From: an uncultured cyanobacterium
GTDB taxonomy: Bacteria > Cyanobacteriota > Cyanobacteriia > Phormidesmidales > Phormidesmidaceae
Direction of reading: 5' to 3'
DNA: 64,000 nucleotides
NCBI GenBank assembly: GCA_963793265.1
Contig: CAWBZI010000005.1
Location: forward strand, 288,001-352,000
Below the pieces are notes generated by a model. That model did not search any database and was not told the DNA's origin. It worked only from the letters and a program-made list of their open reading frames with translations. Shown here in pieces: positions 60,833-64,000 of the stretch; within the stretch, counting starts at the first letter, position 1, and each line of letters starts with the position of its first letter. Position numbers and translations under genes: made by a program.

Positions 60833-62581
60833 CTAGGCTTTTTCGCTTGGCAGGGCCTCATCGTTCTCAAGCTTTTGCCACTGGCTCATTACAACGCGAT
60901 TTCGTCCCGACTGCTTAGCTTTATACAATGCTTGGTCGGCATACTCAATTAAGCGCGGCGACAGTAAAGAAAATCCAGGTGAAACGCTCGCCACACCACA
61001 GCTAATCGTGACCCATTCGTTTACCTGAGAGCCTTCGTGTGCGATCGCCATCTCGTACATCTGTTCTTGAACACGCCTTGCCACAATAGCAGCCGTTTCC
61101 TCGTCAGTAGCAGGCAAAACAACCACAAACTCCTCTCCGCCATAGCGTGCTACCAGATCAGAGTTACGAACACCTAATCGAAGTGACTTTGCAACTTTTT
61201 GTAGACAGCGATCGCCCGCTGGATGCCCGTACAAATCGTTAAACGCCTTGAAGTAATCAACGTCAAAGAGAATGACAGAGAGCTGCTTATGCACCTTCAG
61301 AGCATCTGATAAGTACTGATCGAAGTAGCGCCGGTTTGCGACCTGTGTCAGCTCATCGAAGGCAGCCAGGTTTTGTAGCTGCTGGTTTCGATAGGCCATT
61401 CCTAAGCCCGTAGCCACCATCATAGATACCATCGGTAGCGCTACAGGCATCCACCAGCCTGCTAAAAAAAGCCCGTAGGAAACGCTCAGCAATCCACCGC
61501 TCGCGCTTAGCATTCGAGCAATGAGCTGCCACGTGGGCACGCCCGACTTCAGCGAATGGCTATAAAGAATTGAATAGCTCATTACAATGCTCGCAGCTAT
61601 CCATGCAGCCGTCCAAAGCAGCTCTATATAGAGCGAGACAGTCATTAACAGCGGCTTACCTTCTAAAGCAAGGTCTAGCAGTTGACTAATCATCTGCGTA
61701 TGAATATACACGCCAGCCACCTGGTCGCCGCCAAGCGGGGTCGCAAACCAGTCGTTTGCGCTCACCCCAATCGCACCGATCAAAACAATGTGATCGCGCA
61801 CCATCTCATCGGTTAGCTCTCCTGCGAGCACCGTCGAGATCGAAACCGACTCGAAGTGCTCGTAGCTTCTCCGGTAGTTCATCAACACCTGAAAACCGCC
61901 CCAATCGGCATTCACATAGCCGCCATCATTCCGCTCAAACAGCTCGACTCTGCCCTGACCCAACTGCAAATCAAATCCGCTATCGTCTAAAGGTTCAGGC
62001 TCAATTCCCCGCTCATACAAATACTCTAGAGCCAAGGTCGCCGCAAGCGTTTGCTTAATCTCTCCCTGTGGCGTAATCACCGATAGTAAACCGCGCCTGA
62101 CATTGCCATCATCATCCAATACCAAATCGGAGGAACCCGTTTTTCCTAACGCCACCAGCGTCGAGTGAGCGGGAACCACTTCTCCGATAGCGCGCTCAAT
62201 ACCTATTACATTCGGAATCTCTTCAAACGCCTGATTAAGCTCTTGAGTGCCTGGTTCAATAGGTAGATTTCTATAGAGATCAATGCCAATAATGGCGGGT
62301 TCGTGTTTACTAACACGACGAACGACTTCGGCTAAGGCGGCATCGTGAATTGGCCACTGACCTATCTTTGTAATGTCTTCTTCATTGATAGTGACGACTA
62401 AAATTCTCTCATCGGAAATCTTATCTGACGAACGCAACCTTAAAAACTGATCTAGAACGCCTATCTCCAAGCTCTCAAACATGCCCGATGTCGCCATGAT
62501 CGCAATCACCCCGGCCATCCCAAAGCTCACAGCAAGCATCTGCCGCCCTTGTTTCATTCGGTGTATAAGCTGTGCGAACAT
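60833..62581 (-). CDS. CHASE2-domain diguanylate cyclase
   Basis: GQWPI.D, IGIDLYR, DDDGNVRR, three TM helices, DELTQVANRR and ARYGGEEF. Confidence 0.93.
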   Translation of the reverse strand: MFAQLIHRMKQGRQMLAVSFGMAGVIAIMATSGMFESLEIGVLDQFLRLRSSDKISDERILVVTINEEDITKIGQWPIHDAALAEVVRRVSKHEPAIIGIDLYRNLPIEPGTQELNQAFEEIPNVIGIERAIGEVVPAHSTLVALGKTGSSDLVLDDDGNVRRGLLSVITPQGEIKQTLAATLALEYLYERGIEPEPLDDSGFDLQLGQGRVELFERNDGGYVNADWGGFQVLMNYRRSYEHFESVSISTVLAGELTDEMVRDHIVLIGAIGVSANDWFATPLGGDQVAGVYIHTQMISQLLDLALEGKPLLMTVSLYIELLWTAAWIAASIVMSYSILYSHSLKSGVPTWQLIARMLSASGGLLSVSYGLFLAGWWMPVALPMVSMMVATGLGMAYRNQQLQNLAAFDELTQVANRRYFDQYLSDALKVHKQLSVILFDVDYFKAFNDLYGHPAGDRCLQKVAKSLRLGVRNSDLVARYGGEEFVVVLPATDEETAAIVARRVQEQMYEMAIAHEGSQVNEWVTISCGVASVSPGFSLLSPRLIEYADQALYKAKQSGRNRVVMSQWQKLENDEALPSEKA

Positions 62582-62761
62582 CTATATGAAAAAGACTGCA
62601 GGATGGGAAAAAAGACTGCGGGCGATGCTTACAGAATGCCCAACTCTACACGCATCAAGTCTGATGCAATAGTACTGCTACAACAAAAGCATCCCAACAG
62701 TTAGTTGAAATGCTTTTAATCATCAGGAACATAGAGCCTTAACGGTAAGGAAAAGACGCTT

Positions 62762-63508
62762 TTAGCTTTCTATCAAGGGCGCGCTTGCAATCATATCTAG
62801 CCCTACTGTCTCTAAAACGTTTGACCAATGTTCCATTGATTGAACATCGGCAGAATCCTCCACACGCATTAGCGCCAGGGTATCGAGCAAGTCGTACCAC
62901 AACCCGGCCTCACCATACGCCTGAGCTTGTTCTACCAAAGACGCATCCGGTTGAATATTTACCGTTGACTCAACTCGCTGAATAGCACCGCCAAGCACGG
63001 GGCTATCAGGTCGAAGCTGACCATTGCACTTAAGGACTAAAGACCAGGTATATTCCTCATCAGCAGGCAGAACCGGCAGGGCTTCTGGAAACGCGACTTC
63101 CATCACGCCGCCTGATTCAGCAAATTTTTCTCTTGGCAAGCTCAGGTTCGCCTCGAAGTATTCACTCTCATCTAAAGACTTCAAACTCAAGATAGCCTCG
63201 TCTACAACGGTGCCTTCTGCAAAATATACGTAGAGAGAGAGTTCTTCAGTTGCAGTTAAGCCAATACCACTTTCAGGAAGTATCGCTATCCCACCACACT
63301 GAGAAGGCATCGGGCGACGGCTTGCACCGCTGTGTGTACGATTAGGAGAGCCGCTGGTCAGGGGGGGAACAAATCCAATTCGAGTGGCATGAGTCTCTGT
63401 TGTTCTCAATCGATCGGCACTTTGGGCAATCGCTGTATCAAAGATACTTGTGCAAGGCAGTAGAACCCCCAACAAAGCAGCAGCGGTGACAGTCATTCTT
63501 GTTTTCAT
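62762..63508 (-). CDS. DUF928 protein
   Basis: Signal peptide, GSP.RT.SGASR, Y.W, YGEAGLWYD and W..LETVGL motifs. Confidence 0.88.
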   Translation of the reverse strand: MKTRMTVTAAALLGVLLPCTSIFDTAIAQSADRLRTTETHATRIGFVPPLTSGSPNRTHSGASRRPMPSQCGGIAILPESGIGLTATEELSLYVYFAEGTVVDEAILSLKSLDESEYFEANLSLPREKFAESGGVMEVAFPEALPVLPADEEYTWSLVLKCNGQLRPDSPVLGGAIQRVESTVNIQPDASLVEQAQAYGEAGLWYDLLDTLALMRVEDSADVQSMEHWSNVLETVGLDMIASAPLIES

Positions 63509-63528
63509 AAGCTAAAAACCGGTATTAT

Positions 63529-64000
63529 TTAGGACAACCAATTCCCAATTAAAACAAACGGCGACCAGTAATAAGGATGGGAGAATTGAGGATCTTTCAG
63601 TACTTTTATTTGAGCTAACCGTAAAGCTTCGGCCTTAGATAGATCGGTATTTGCGAGTTCTCGGTAAAACTCAGCCATTAGCTCGGCGGTAGATTCATCG
63701 TTAACAGCCCAAAGTGTAGCCAGCGTACTTCTAGCACCTGAGCGAATAGCAACACCTGCTAAGCCTAAGGTGGCTCTATCGTCACCTTCGGCAGTTTGGC
63801 AGGCGCTTAGCACCATCAGCTCAATCGGCTCGGCGGCCTGGCGGCGCGATCGCAGCAAATCATCCAGTTCGCCCATTGATATTCGCTCATCCCAGGCCAG
63901 TAAAAAAGTATCTTCTAACTGAGAGCTAAACTGGCCGTGAGTCGCTAAGTGCAGCACGGGAAAAGGAACGCGATCAACTTCATCAGCTAAACTCTGCTTT
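63529..64000 (-). CDS. CHAT-domain (caspase-like) protein, C-terminal part
   Basis: LHLATHG, VLSACQT, ATLWAVND and HPYYWSPF motifs. Continues beyond the window end. Confidence 0.93.
   Translation of the reverse strand, partial: KQSLADEVDRVPFPVLHLATHGQFSSQLEDTFLLAWDERISMGELDDLLRSRRQAAEPIELMVLSACQTAEGDDRATLGLAGVAIRSGARSTLATLWAVNDESTAELMAEFYRELANTDLSKAEALRLAQIKVLKDPQFSHPYYWSPFVLIGNWLS

Overview
Chromosomal window from a cyanobacterium, shown by dense HIP1 GCGATCGC octamers, nblS/hik33, txlA and a 6S RNA downstream of purK. Housekeeping blocks occupy about 4.5-9.7 kb (purK, 6S RNA, M16 peptidase pair) and 31-64 kb (pyrG, amidase, rnc, xthA, ABC transporter, tal, nblS, purD, glmS, trx, transketolase-like, tag, CHAT-DUF928-CHASE2/GGDEF). 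Between them, about 10-31 kb is an accessory mosaic built around a zinc-starvation regulon with six Zur boxes (TGATAATnATTATCA). It holds znuA, znuB and znuC split into three loci, a COG0523 GTPase, metallophosphoesterases, two flavoproteins, a DUF3299-RcnA fusion, a small secreted CxCxxC protein and an unrecognised HGCGCDH-protein/flavoprotein operon. This core is interleaved with a CadC/CDF efflux cassette, four toxin-antitoxin-like pairs and several gene remnants, and bracketed by AT-rich defence-type genes (HEPN, AIPR). The left end carries an NrtR-controlled ADP-ribosylglycohydrolase/nicotinamidase module with a perfect operator and a single-chain MNT-HEPN fusion. No tRNA, rRNA, CRISPR array, integrase or transposase was seen. 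Family calls come from motif recognition by eye, not database searches.
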